Shown: positions 25,101 to 35,084 of the stretch, piece after piece
Position numbering within the stretch: position 1 is the first letter of the stretch
How the letters are laid out: the number at the start of each line of letters is the position of its first letter
DNA from: Felis catus
Lineage: Eukaryota
Assembly: GCF_018350175.1 (NCBI RefSeq)
Contig: NC_058369.1
Span: forward strand, 20,834,001-20,898,000
Reading direction: 5' to 3'
DNA length: 64,000 nt
Program-made: the position numbers and the translations under genes
The notes under the pieces: model-generated
Told to the model about the DNA's origin: nothing
What the model saw: only the letters and a program-made list of their open reading frames with translations
Databases searched by the model: none

Positions 25101-25596
25101 ACCCGGGCGCCCCAGTGTTTGACTTTTTGTGTAGGCCAATGTTTGCATTTCTCTTGCATGCATACTCCCTTCAATTTTTTATTTTTTTTATTTTTACATT
25201 TATTTATTTTTGAGAGACAGAGTGAGACAAAGTGAGAGCGGGGGAGGGGCAGAGAGAGAGGGAGACACAGAATCGGAAAGCAGGCTCCAGGCTCTGAGCT
25301 GTCAGCACAGAGCCCGACGCAGGGCTCGAACCCACAGACCATGAGATCATGACCTGAGCCGAAGTCGGATGCTCAACCAACTGAGCCACCCAGGCGCCCC
25401 ACTCCCTTCAATTTTTAAAAACTTTTTCCTCACAGAGAATCTGCTGGCCACGTGGAAGAGAGTGGGTCTGGAACTCAAGCCACATTCCTCAGCCGAGTGC
25501 AACTTCTGCAGGAGGCCACTGCATTTTGAAGTGATGAGTGAAAGAGAGAAATCCTACTTCTCCGGCATGAGCAAGTTGGTATCTGCCCAGGCCTGA
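12925..25596 (+). CDS. ALAS1: 5-aminolevulinate synthase 1, mitochondrial (spliced CDS, 640 aa): join 12925-13123,15838-16065,16866-17015,17432-17654,18818-19002,19558-19737,20088-20252,22740-23008,23686-23848,25436-25596
   Basis: Exon lengths 199+228+150+223+185+180+165+269+163+161 = 1923 nt; all introns GT-AG and phases consistent. Starts [11 protein letters not shown]; heme-regulatory CP motifs [40 protein letters not shown] and the PLP-lysine motif TLGKAFG; ends KLVSAQA*. Confidence 0.98.
13480..14199 (-). mobile_element. L1 3'UTR fragments interleaved with two Can-SINEs (about 13700-13825 and 14030-14199)
   Basis: tttttagagcagttttaggtttgcagcaaaattgag; tattgtggtaaaat...acataaaacttacca; SINE head ...gagccacccagacgcccc. 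Confidence 0.8.
15214..15417 (+). mobile_element. Can-SINE
   Basis: Full head, (CT)n and poly-A; flanking direct repeat atataagcagaga. Confidence 0.93.
15838..16065 (+). CDS. ALAS1: ALAS1 coding exon 2 (third CP motif, SKCPFL)
   Basis: cccccag|AGGACAAA...GAAAG|gtaaac; KDKTAKA...VQEMHAVRK. Confidence 0.96.
16866..17015 (+). CDS. ALAS1: ALAS1 coding exon 3
   Basis: ttacag|AGGTT...AAAAT|gtacgt; EVAQTS...LQDNLPK. Confidence 0.96.
17432..17654 (+). CDS. ALAS1: ALAS1 coding exon 4
   Basis: ttttag|CTGTT...TCAT|gtaagt; [11 protein letters not shown]...[10 protein letters not shown]. Confidence 0.97.
17820..18026 (-). mobile_element. Can-SINE
   Basis: Antisense copy; TSD cagattactttt. Confidence 0.93.
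18818..19002 (+). CDS. ALAS1: ALAS1 coding exon 5
   Basis: ataaaag|GGACACT...CCGG|gtaagg; [14 protein letters not shown]. Confidence 0.97.
19558..19737 (+). CDS. ALAS1: ALAS1 coding exon 6
   Basis: ctgttag|GCTGTG...GATG|gtaagt; [13 protein letters not shown]...ETVHSMD. Confidence 0.97.
20088..20252 (+). CDS. ALAS1: ALAS1 coding exon 7
   Basis: tcctcag|GGGCA...CTTG|gtatgt; [12 protein letters not shown]...DIISGTL. Confidence 0.97.
20303..20484 (+). mobile_element. Can-SINE
   Basis: ggggctcctgggtggctcagtt...(CT)n...poly-A. Confidence 0.92.
21521..21739 (+). mobile_element. Can-SINE
   Basis: Full length with poly-A. Confidence 0.93.
22740..23008 (+). CDS. ALAS1: ALAS1 coding exon 8 (PLP-binding lysine, GKAFG)
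   Basis: ctcctag|GCAAAG...CCGG|gtaatg. Confidence 0.97.
23686..23848 (+). CDS. ALAS1: ALAS1 coding exon 9
   Basis: cttag|GTTGCA...CTTG|gtgagt; [25 protein letters not shown]. Confidence 0.97.
24225..24256. repeat. Poly-C tract (C7-T-C24)
   Basis: Directly visible. Confidence 0.95.
24425..24895 (-). mobile_element. Old L1 (L1M-type) 3'UTR fragment
   Basis: ttattgagatataatttacataccacaaatttcaccc...ccatcagttgatggacatttaggttgtttc. Confidence 0.82.
24902..25113 (-). mobile_element. Can-SINE
   Basis: Antisense copy; TSD gtgtttgactttt. Confidence 0.93.
25180..25400 (-). mobile_element. Can-SINE adjacent to the ALAS1 last splice acceptor
   Basis: 16-bp TSD actcccttcaattttt at 25164-25179 and 25401-25416. 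Confidence 0.95.
25436..25596 (+). CDS. ALAS1: ALAS1 last coding exon
   Basis: cctcacag|AGAAT...[17 protein letters not shown]. Confidence 0.97.
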
Positions 25597-25723
25597 GTGT
25601 GTCATGACCTCAGTTACTCACTGCACCCCAGGCCGTGTCATATCCACATAGTCTCCAGAGTTGTCTTTATATGTGAATTAAATTATATTAAATTTTAATC
25701 TATAGTAAAAGCACAGTCCTGAA

Positions 25724-25729
25724 AATAAA
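25724..25729 (+). terminator. ALAS1: ALAS1 polyadenylation signal AATAAA
   Basis: AATAAA about 130 nt after the stop; ATTAAA variants at 25677 and 25687. Confidence 0.8.
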
Positions 25730-26099
25730 TTCTTGTTTAAGTGACGGGTCCTGTTACTGGGCGCTGAATCAGAAAAATCATTTTTCTTCATGCCTTTCAA
25801 CTTGGTCTGTATTGCTGAGATACGTGAAATGATGGGCATGTCCTGGTCCTCTGGTAGTGACTGCGGACCCGGCTGGGGTGGCAGACCCTCCTGCTCGGCG
25901 TGAACCCAACTTTGTCTTCACTGCCCACTGCCACCCCAGCCCTGCAGCTGAGGGGCCCTGAGCAGGCCAGGCCCCGTGGTGGCCATTTCACTCCAGTTCC
26001 TCCCCTCTAATTGTGGTCCTGCCACAGCGGTTTCCCTCCCTGCTTTCCCTTCTCAGCTACTGCCTTGGCCTCAGGCTTCCCTGTGAAAGTAGGGCAGTC

Positions 26100-27560
26100 A
26101 GAAGGGAACTGCTTGTCTGTCTCCACTGAGTCCTCCAGCCCGTCTGCCCTCTATACCTGGTGATTGTGTCCCTTGCAGAGACAGTGCACGTGTCCGTGCT
26201 TCTCTGTCTGACTCCTGCTTTTTTTTTTCTGGGTCCTATGGTTTCTAGCACCTTCCTACAACCACCTCTAACCTCCTCAGTCATGAGGTCATGAATTTGT
26301 TCCCATTGGCCTACAGCAGGCTTTGTCACCCACCCACTAAATAAGCCAGCTCTCCCTTAGTCTAGACCCCCTTTGGGCTACTGCCCGTCCCCTCTGTTCT
26401 GCCTCTTTCCCGATCAGCTGCCTCACTTGGTCCTCTGTCCTGCACCTGCAGAGGCTACTTTTTTTTTTTTTTTTTTTTTTTTAGCCACATTTTGTCTCTA
26501 TCTTACCAAATCCAATGTTTTTCCTTTCATTGGCTCTCCCAGTGGTCTTTGCGGTGTCTGTCCTTGGCCTTTTCACAGCTTCCTTCTCTGACCTGTGCTA
26601 CCAGCCTCTCCTGAACACTGAACTCTCTCACGAACTGGTCCCTTTTTGAATGTTGGGCACCCACCAGCCTCATCTCTCATTGCACTTAGCACTTCCCTCA
26701 CGCCATGTGATCTCTCCCAGCCCTGGGCTTTCAGTTCCAGCTGGTCGCTGCTAACTGCTGTCGAACACCTCGAACCACACAGGTCCAGAGGCACCTCGGC
26801 CTGCCCACTCCTCTGCCTTCTCTTCCCTTGTCTTCCAGCATCTACCCACTTACTTTGGTCCCTCATGGAGAAGTCCGCTATCTTTTCTCACACGAGACTG
26901 TTGGCAAAGTCCTATAAATTCTGACATACGTGTCAGGCTAGCCCACTTCCTGTCACCTCTGCTACTGCGATCCCAGGTGTGCCATCATCCTGGCATCTGC
27001 CCCAGCCTCGACCCCACACGGTAGCCTGAGAGAGCTTTTAAAATTATAAAGTGTATTATGTCCCTCCCCTGCAGAGAACTTTCCTGGGCCTTCCAGTGGC
27101 ACTAGGATTAAATTCCAGCTTGTTCACACAAGCTGACCATATTCTCTGCGGTCGGGATCCCATCCCACCTCCATTCTCGATTTGTTCACTCTGCTTCATG
27201 CGTTGATGCACTCTCCTAGGCCTCAGACCTCCCAGGTGCGCTCCAGCTTCTGGGCCTTGCTGTTAGCCATTGTTTCTTCCCCGGATTTTTCTAGCCTGGA
27301 TCATGGCATGGCTGCCTCTCTTCACATAGGTCAAGAGTCCTGAGGAGACCTTTCCTGAGCCCCGGGATAAGGCAACCCAGCCCCTCTAGTGTTCTCACTG
27401 TCACTTGACCTCCTATTGTGCTGCCCTTCCAAGCACCGGTCACTACCCGCAGTGACTTTCCCCTGTTGATCATGTGCTCTGTCTCCTCACTTCTATATCC
27501 CCAGTGCCCAGCACAGTACCTGACACACAGCAGGCACTGAGCAAGTGTGTGTTGAATGAA
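26100..27560 (+). mobile_element. Long degenerate L2 with recognisable 3' end
   Basis: Pyrimidine-rich body ending cagtgcccagcacagtacctgacacacagcaggcactgagcaagtgtgtgttgaatgaa. Confidence 0.7.
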
Positions 27561-27574
27561 AGGGGGTTTTCTTC

Positions 27575-27927
27575 ACTGTAGCTGCCATAATAAAACACCC
27601 CAGACACCAGGAGACATCCATTTCTCACAGTTCTGGAGGCTGGGAAGGTCAAGATCAAGGTGCTAACAGATTCAGTTCCTGGTGAGAGGCCTCTTCTTGG
27701 CTTGCAGACTATTCTCTTCTTGCCATAAATTCACATGACCTTTTCTCAGAATGTGCAGAGAGAGGTCTCCTTCTTCCTCTTTCTCTCAGGCCACTAATCC
27801 CACCATGAGGGCCTCACTTCATAACCGAATCTAATTATTTTCCAAAGGCCTGCACCTCCAAATGTCACCACACTGGGGTCAGGGCTCTAATACATGAATT
27901 CAGAGAGTACACATTCAGCCATACCAA
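27575..27927 (-). mobile_element. MLT1-type (MaLR) solo LTR
   Basis: gctgccataataaaacacc...tttctcacagttctggaggctgggaaggtcaagatcaaggtgc...acattcagccatacca. Confidence 0.82.
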
Positions 27928-29029
27928 ATCTACTTCACTGGAAAACATAGGTGAGCTGAAAGAACCCCACGCAGCTGGAGGACAAAGACAATGCCCGGCC
28001 TTGCTCCCCTCTCTTAGCTCTAGTAGGGCAGCTGTGGATCTCTCTTCCCTGGAGACAGTTGTACTGGCATTCCTGCCTGGGGCGCACCCTTCTCCAGGAC
28101 TGGCCCTAGAGAGAGGGGCTGAGTTCTGGTCCCATCAAATAAAGCCACACATCTAGGCAGCCGCTGGGCACGATGGGAGGCAACATCACCTCGCAACCAC
28201 CACACGGTTCCTTTCTGCTCAGGAAACGTCTCACTTGCTTTCCCAGCCCTGTTCCCACATGAGCGGCCGGGCTTTCCCATTGTCCCCCCCCCAACTCACC
28301 CCGTGTTCCCACGCCGGGAACTCCCTCCACCTCTTTTCCTCCCAGTGTGACTTGTTCCTCCAGCCTGGGTAATGTTTCTCTCTGAATACTTAGCAAGACT
28401 TCCCTTCCTTCTCATAATACCCAGAGCCAGCTGGGTCAACGAGGTTGGTCACCTTCCTTCTCTCCTCACTGCTACTCGGGGTTATGAGAACAAAGGATGG
28501 TGGTACCATCTGCAGGAAGTGGATGGGATTCATGAACTGCTTAAAAATGAGAAGCTGGGCTTCTAATAGGGTCTTGAGGGTAGAAATGTGTGATATCATA
28601 GAAATCTTCCAAGAATATGGAGACGTCAGGAGCATTACAGTATCCTTGAGGGAAAAGATAGTTGTCATCGTTGAGCTGAGTTGTTGTCATTGAGTTGTCA
28701 TTTCCAATCTTAGCGGGGAGAATTTCCTTACATTTAAGTTTTCCTCTATCAGATTTCCCTAAGTCTTGTGACCAGACCTCTGTTTGTCTAGTACTCACTG
28801 CCCCATGACAGCAAAAAGCACAGGAGGCAACACCAGGGTCCTGCTCCCAGCTTCCTGTGCCCCTGATTCAATCACATCTGCCTCCGAAACCCGTTCAGTG
28901 CTCCAGGTGGAGGGTCAGTCTCTGGGTACAGAGATGAAAAAGCAAAGCCACATCAGCATGAGCCCCTTACCTAATAATGATGACTGGGGGCTGCTAGGTT
29001 TCTCAGACCTTCACACACGTTAGCACCAA

Positions 29030-29185
29030 GCCTTCTAACAGCCTGCAGAGTAACCCCGGCCACCCCTATTTACAGATGAGTAAACTGAGGCTCCAAAGGG
29101 GAGGTCGCCCACCGCCCAAGATAATCCAAATGGCAGAGCCAGTACTTAGCCCAGGTGAGCTGACTTGAGTGCCACTCTTCCCCAG
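29030..29185 (-). mobile_element. MIR
   Basis: ctatttacagatgagtaaactgaggctc. Confidence 0.65.
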
Positions 29186-29842
29186 CCTTACAGAGCCAGG
29201 CCACAGCTGGTGCTCACGCTCCCATGTCCAGCAGTGCAGAAGAGAGGGCCTGGAGCCAGCCACGGGTGCCCTTCTTGAACACAGCGCCATGGCAGTCCCT
29301 CTCAGCAGTCCCACCCGAGCCCAGGACTTGGGATAATGGAGCTCTGTCCCTTCTGATCCTGGAGACAACAGCAGAACTTTTTTCTGTAGGTTGAACCTAG
29401 GGCCATGTATCTTCAGACTCACTTAAGCCAACAGTCATTCTACCATAGCCCCCATGCTTCATCTCTAAAATGCTCTTCTGAATCTGAGGCCCCAAAAGAA
29501 CCAGAACTGTGAGCATGAGGTAGGTGGGTACATGAAGGTTCCGTCTGGGAACTGCCTGAGGGCAGACTCAGCTGTCCTGAGATAGAGGCAAATAGTGTCC
29601 CCTGCATGCAAAACATGGGGCCCTGGATTGGGCCCTGCTTCCTGCTCCTAGGTGTGGCCGGAACAGCCTAAGAGCTGTTTGGCAAGGGCCTCCCCTAGAC
29701 TCCAGCCTGAGTGAAAGTTCTTGTTCTCTTTTCTCCCCAGGCACAGGCCAAGGAAGTACGTGGGGCCATGCCATTCCTTCTGCCTGCTCCTCCAGAAGCT
29801 GAGAGGCCCTCTCAAGAGGCAGGATAGAGCCCATGTGGGACT

Positions 29843-30053
29843 TTTTTTTTTTAAGTTTGTTTATTTATTTATTTTGAGAGAGAGTGGTGGGGGGGTAGGG
29901 GAAGAGAGAGAGGGAGAGAGAGAATCCCAAGCAGGCTCCGTGTTGTCAGCATGAAGCCCAATGCAGGGCTTGATCCCCACAAAAACCGTGAGATCATAAC
30001 CTGAGCTGAAAACAAGAGTCAGATGCTTAACTGTTTGAGCGACCCAGGCTCTC
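29843..30053 (-). mobile_element. Can-SINE
   Basis: Antisense copy; TSD atgtgggactt. Confidence 0.92.
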
Positions 30054-31034
30054 CTATGTGGGACTTCTGACTGGTGGATCAGACCTTTCTGTCTTTCCAG
30101 CTGGAAAGCAGGTAACAGAGGCCACCAGCGTGCCATAGGAGCCCCTGTGCCCAAGTCAGAAAGAGGAAGGTGGCCCATATTTCTTTCCCAATTATGCCCT
30201 GGAGCGGGGGGCAAAAGCAGCACCCCACTCCCTGACCCCAGGGCTGCCCACAATCAGACTGCAAGACCAGCCAAGACTGCGGCCAGCTCCAGTCTTCCAC
30301 CCTAAGAGTGCTGAAGCAACTGGGCTGGCCTCCAGCTGTCCCAAGCCAGCCAAACTGCTTCCACTCTGCTGCCACCTCAGGTCCCAGCTCCAACTTTCTG
30401 GCTGTACATGTCTCTTCTCCTCAAAAGGTAGGCTCAGCTGTGGGGACAGTGAAGCAGCAACCCAGGACAAAGCAACCTCCAAGGCTCCAGGCCTGACATG
30501 ACCCACAACTCCCCACACACTTGAGTGCAGACTCTATCAGTCTGTCTCCAAACACTGGTCATTGGTGCTTCGAGCAATGTCTGGAACCCTACACTGGATA
30601 TCAAAACTAGAAATGCACACACATACTTCACCCTCATCGGATGTGGCTGTGTCTCCCACCTAAATGCAATCAGCTGTGAAAGGCAAGGGCAGGGAAGGCA
30701 GGCCCACTTTTGTAGCCAGGTTGTGGCTCACCCAGGTGTCCCTCTGATGTCAGAACAGAGACCCAGCATGCACTCTAGGTGAAAACAGAAGGGGACTGGC
30801 TGTGAGCTCACTCTAGAATCTTCTGTGGCTCCCAGCTCCTTGCTTTGGGGAGCTACCCAAGGGCCTCTCCCCAGCCTGGGCCAGCCTCTTAGGCACAGCA
30901 CAGGCATGGCCACCAGAGGGCACAAATGTCCCTCTGAACTCCCGACAAAGCTTTCCCTCTTGGCTTGGGAATGAATGCTCCCCAGGGCTGCTGCTTCTCA
31001 GGACTTTGCCAGGGGGCAGAAATGAAGCAGGTCT

Positions 31035-31218
31035 GAGGCACCCAGGTGGCTCAGTCAGTTAAGCATCAGACTTTGGTCATGATCTCGTGGTGCTCCTTCA
31101 CGATCTCATGGCACTTCAGATCCTCTGTCCCCCTCTCTCTCTGCCCCTCCCCCACTCCCTCCCCCCACTCCCAACCCCTCTTGTGCTCTCCCTCTCTCAA
31201 AAGTAAATAAGCTTTAAA
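31035..31218 (+). mobile_element. Can-SINE (rearranged) whose tail runs into an AT-rich tract
   Basis: gaggcacccaggtggctcagtcagttaagc...(CT)n...aaaagtaaataa. Confidence 0.85.
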
Positions 31219-31515
31219 TATATAAGTATAATATTAGTATTATATAAGTATAATATATAAGTATATATTATATACTTATATACTTATAAGTATATAATAT
31301 ACAAGTATACTTATATATTATACTTATTATATAAGTATAATATATATACATATATATTATTTAATTTGTATTTATTTTTATATTATTTAATTATATATTA
31401 TATTTTATATTTATAAAATATATTGTATATATTATATTTTATATATTTTATATTTATTATTTATATATTATATTTTATATATTTATAAATTTTATATTAT
31501 TTAATTATATATTAA
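31215..31515. repeat. About 300-bp almost pure A/T low-complexity tract
   Basis: tataagta/tacttata units followed by tattttata units. Confidence 0.95.
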
Positions 31516-31865
31516 GTTCTCTGCCTTCAAGCCATTTTCAGTCCTGCAGGTGTGGGAGACAGATCCTGAGACCAATATACAACAGAGAGGTACTGACCCA
31601 GCCTGGGGACAGCAGGACACATGGGGAGGGGTTAAAAGGGGCAGGAGACCCAGCCTGCTTTCCAGACCAAGCAGCTGCCCTTAGCAGCTTCCCTCCCCTG
31701 CAGACCTGTGTCCTGTGGGCCCTCCCTTTTTCTCCTTTCAATTTCTCTCAAATCACCTCTTGTCCCTCCTCACTTTAGGAAGGAAAGCCTGGCGAATTCT
31801 CCCTTCTTTCCTCCCACTCACACCTTCAGTGAGCTCAGGGTTAGCCGTTCAGCCTACTAGTAGCA

Positions 31866-31871
31866 TTTATT
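31866..31871 (-). terminator. TLR9: TLR9 polyadenylation signal AATAAA
   Basis: tttatt on the + strand, about 120 nt past the stop. Confidence 0.8.
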
Positions 31872-31991
31872 GAGCATCTGCTATATGCCAGGGGTGGGAG
31901 TTGGGGAGGCAGAGCAGTGGTGTTGCAGGGCCAGCAGGCCCGGCATCCCAGGCAGACAGGCAAGGTGTAGGAGGCTTGGGGTGCTGGGCGG

Positions 31992-34900
31992 TCACTCTGC
32001 CGTCGTGGGGCCCCGGCAGAAGTTCTGGTTATAGAAGTGCTGGTTGTCCCTGGTCAGGGCCGTGCCCAGCTGGGCCCAGAAGCTGCGCTGGCCACTGGGC
32101 TGGTGGGGCCAGAGGAGGACGCTCTGGCGGCAGAGGCGCTGGCGCAGCCGCACATAGCGGGAGCGGTGGGCGTCGGGGCGCAGGATCACCAGCACCACAA
32201 CGTCCTTGCGGTCCTCCAGCAGGCGCTGCTGGGCCAGCAGAAAGCTGGCGCGCAAGAGGCCGCTGACCCTGTCTGTGTGGGCCAGCACAAACAGCATCTT
32301 GCGGCTGCTGTAAACTGAGGCCCACAGGTTCTCAAAGAGCGTTTTACCGGGTAGCCAGTCACGTTCCTCCAGGCACAGGCGGAGCGCTCGGCGTCCACGG
32401 CGCTCCTCTAGCCGTACCCGCAGCTCGTTGTACACCCAGTCGGCCACCGCGCTCTGTGCCTTGTCGAAGACCACAAAGGCATCGTAGGGCAGGGCATCCG
32501 CGCCCCGCCGCCGCCCCCGCCGGGGCAGCCAGGCCAGGCACAGGTGGAAGCAGTACCAGAGGTCCCAGCCACAGAGGTGGTGCAGCATGGGCACGGCCAG
32601 GCCCAGGGCCACGGTCAGCAGCGAGAGGCCAAAACAGTCCCAGGAGAGGGCCTCATCCAGGCAGAGGCGCAGATCCTGCGCAAAGATGCTGCGGCCCTGG
32701 AGCTGACCTGGACTGCCACACTTGACGTGGCCTGGCAGGCCGGGCACTGCAGCCTGCACCTCCAGCAAGAAGTCCACGAAGGCCGCCCCGCAGGCGCAGT
32801 GCAGGGGGTTGCCAGTCACATCTAGGACTTTCAGGGTGCCCGCTAGAGAACCGAACCAGGAGGGCTCCACCGTCTTGAGGGCGTTGGCACTGAGGTTGAG
32901 CTCTCGCAGCCTGGTGGCCAGAGCAAAAAAGCTGGAGGCCACGAAGCTGATACTGTTGCTGCTGAGGTCCAGCCTCTGGAGCTGGGTTCCATTAGGCAAG
33001 CTGCCGTTGCTCAGGGCCTTCAGCTGGTTTCCCGCCAGGTCCAGGGCTTCCAGCCTGGGGAGGAGGACCAGGCTGCTCCAGTTGAAGAAAGCCAGATAAT
33101 TGTCACGGAGACGCAGCAGCCGCAGGCTCTTGGGGAGGTTGTCCAGGGTGCGTGGCAAGAGGGTATGCAGGCGATTCTGGGACAGATCCAACCGGACCAG
33201 GCTCCTCAGGCCTCGGAAGAAGCGGAGATACAGGTCTCCCTCGGCCCACATCCGGCTCAAGGCATTGCCGCTGAAGTCCAAGGCCCGCAGCGAGGCGCTG
33301 CAGAGCTGCTGGGACACACGGCTGTGGATGTCGTTGTGCGCCAGGCTGAGATAGCGCAGGGCCGGCAGCTGTGCCACAAAGCTGAGGTTGTGACCCACGC
33401 CCTGCATGCTGAAGGGCTGGCTGTTGTAGCTGAGGTCCAGGGCCTCCAGCCGCGGCAGCTCCGTGAAAGAGCGCCCATGGTACAGGTCCAGCTTGTTATG
33501 GGACAGGTCCAGCACCTGCAGGCTGGTCAGCGGCATAAATTGTGAGCCGTTGACTGCCTGCGAGATGCTGTTGCGGCTCAGGAGCAGGCACTGGAGGCGC
33601 GAGAGCCGGGCAAACATCTCTGGCTGGATTGTCACTAGGTTGTTCCGTGACAGGTCCAAGGTGAAGTTGAGGGTCTTGCAGCCTGGCATGAAGCCCTCGG
33701 AGCTAGGGGTGCCCGGTGGGCCCAGAGCTAGGTCCCCAGATGGCAGCCGGACTCTCTCCCCACCATCCACCTCCCCCGTGGCAGCCGCCAGCTCCATGGC
33801 TCCACTTATGCGGTTGTCTGACAGGTCCACGTATCGCAGGCCAGGGAAGGCCCCGAAGATGCTGAGCTGGGCCTGATTGATGAAGTTCATCTGCAGGTGC
33901 AGACTCTGGAGCATGGGCAGGTGGACCAGCGACCGGAGCGTGGTCTCGCTGAGCGAGCGGAAGAAGATGCCATGCATGTCCAGCTGCTGCAGGGAGAGCA
34001 GGCTCCCGAAGGAGGGCGCCAGATGCAGGTGGGCAAAGGACACCTTCTTGTGGTAATTGAAAGACAAGTTGAGTCTGCGCAGCTGGGCCAGGCCCTGGAA
34101 GGCTGTGGTTTTGGTGATGCAGTCATATAGGAAGTTCTCACTCAGGTCCAGCACCATGAGGTTGCCCAGGGCATGGAACCATCTGGGGTTCAGGTTGTAG
34201 AGAGAGCTGTCCTTCAACACCAGGCCTTCGAGGTGGTTCAGGTGGCTGAAGGTGTCAGGGTGCAGGTGCGGGAAGCCCTTGGGGCACTCCATACAGGGGT
34301 TGCGGGCGTGGTCACAGCGACGGCAGTTCCCACCCACATCGAGCACACGCAGGGCGGTCAGGTTGGCCAGGTCCTCAGGTGCCAGGGTGATGATGTGGTT
34401 GTAGGACAATAGCAGGTACTCCAGGCTGGGGGGCAGGCCGCGGGGCACCGCAGTGAGGTTGTTGTACTTGAGTGACAGGTGCGTAAGGTTGCCCAGGCCA
34501 AGGAGGGCGCCCGGGGCCACCTGCAGGGCCTGCGGGCAGGGGTTCTTATAGTAGCAGTTGCCATCCAGGAACAGAAAGCGCAGGGAGTGCAGCCCTGCGA
34601 GGTTGGCAGGGTCCAGCACCAGGATGTTGGTACGGCTCAAGGACAGGGACACGAGGGAACTGGGCAGGGCGGGTACTGTCGTGATGCTGTTGTAGCTCAG
34701 GTTCAGCTCCTCCAGGGTGGGCACGGCCAGGAAGGTGTGGGGCTCAATGGTCATGTGACAGGGGAAGTGCATGGGGCTGAGGCTGGCGGGTGGGCAGTTC
34801 CATTTGAGGTTGAGACGCCGCAGGCTGGACAGGTGGACAAAGTCGGAGTCGTGGAGGTGGTGGATGCGGTTGGAGTACAGGGAAAGGCTGGTGACGTTAC

Positions 34901-35084
34901 CACGGGGCGCTGCCGCCGAGAAGTGGGGCACGGACTTGAGGAACAGCCAGTCGCAATTCACCAGGCCGTGGCGCTGGAGCTCACAGGGCAGAAAGGCAGG
35001 CAGGGTGCCCTGGGCCAGGGCCACGGCCAGCGCGGCAGCCTGCACCAGGAGAGACAGGGGGTGCAGGGCGCCATGGCAGGGGCC
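31992..35084 (-). CDS. TLR9: Toll-like receptor 9, exon 2 (1030 codons + stop; 1031 aa with the exon-1 ATG)
   Basis: Acceptor cccgcag|GGCCCCTGC; signal peptide, LRR ectodomain with central Z-loop, LRRCT (NPLHCACG), transmembrane helix, TIR domain (YDAFVVF, ERDWLPG, FW). Confidence 0.99.
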   Translation of the reverse strand, partial: GPCHGALHPLSLLVQAAALAVALAQGTLPAFLPCELQRHGLVNCDWLFLKSVPHFSAAAPRGNVTSLSLYSNRIHHLHDSDFVHLSSLRRLNLKWNCPPASLSPMHFPCHMTIEPHTFLAVPTLEELNLSYNSITTVPALPSSLVSLSLSRTNILVLDPANLAGLHSLRFLFLDGNCYYKNPCPQALQVAPGALLGLGNLTHLSLKYNNLTAVPRGLPPSLEYLLLSYNHIITLAPEDLANLTALRVLDVGGNCRRCDHARNPCMECPKGFPHLHPDTFSHLNHLEGLVLKDSSLYNLNPRWFHALGNLMVLDLSENFLYDCITKTTAFQGLAQLRRLNLSFNYHKKVSFAHLHLAPSFGSLLSLQQLDMHGIFFRSLSETTLRSLVHLPMLQSLHLQMNFINQAQLSIFGAFPGLRYVDLSDNRISGAMELAAATGEVDGGERVRLPSGDLALGPPGTPSSEGFMPGCKTLNFTLDLSRNNLVTIQPEMFARLSRLQCLLLSRNSISQAVNGSQFMPLTSLQVLDLSHNKLDLYHGRSFTELPRLEALDLSYNSQPFSMQGVGHNLSFVAQLPALRYLSLAHNDIHSRVSQQLCSASLRALDFSGNALSRMWAEGDLYLRFFRGLRSLVRLDLSQNRLHTLLPRTLDNLPKSLRLLRLRDNYLAFFNWSSLVLLPRLEALDLAGNQLKALSNGSLPNGTQLQRLDLSSNSISFVASSFFALATRLRELNLSANALKTVEPSWFGSLAGTLKVLDVTGNPLHCACGAAFVDFLLEVQAAVPGLPGHVKCGSPGQLQGRSIFAQDLRLCLDEALSWDCFGLSLLTVALGLAVPMLHHLCGWDLWYCFHLCLAWLPRRGRRRGADALPYDAFVVFDKAQSAVADWVYNELRVRLEERRGRRALRLCLEERDWLPGKTLFENLWASVYSSRKMLFVLAHTDRVSGLLRASFLLAQQRLLEDRKDVVVLVILRPDAHRSRYVRLRQRLCRQSVLLWPHQPSGQRSFWAQLGTALTRDNQHFYNQNFCRGPTTAE

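Noticed and set aside
24797..25389. ORFs with FIFERE.../WVAQSVK... peptides here and at other SINE positions
   Set aside because: Translations of Can-SINE sequence, not genes.
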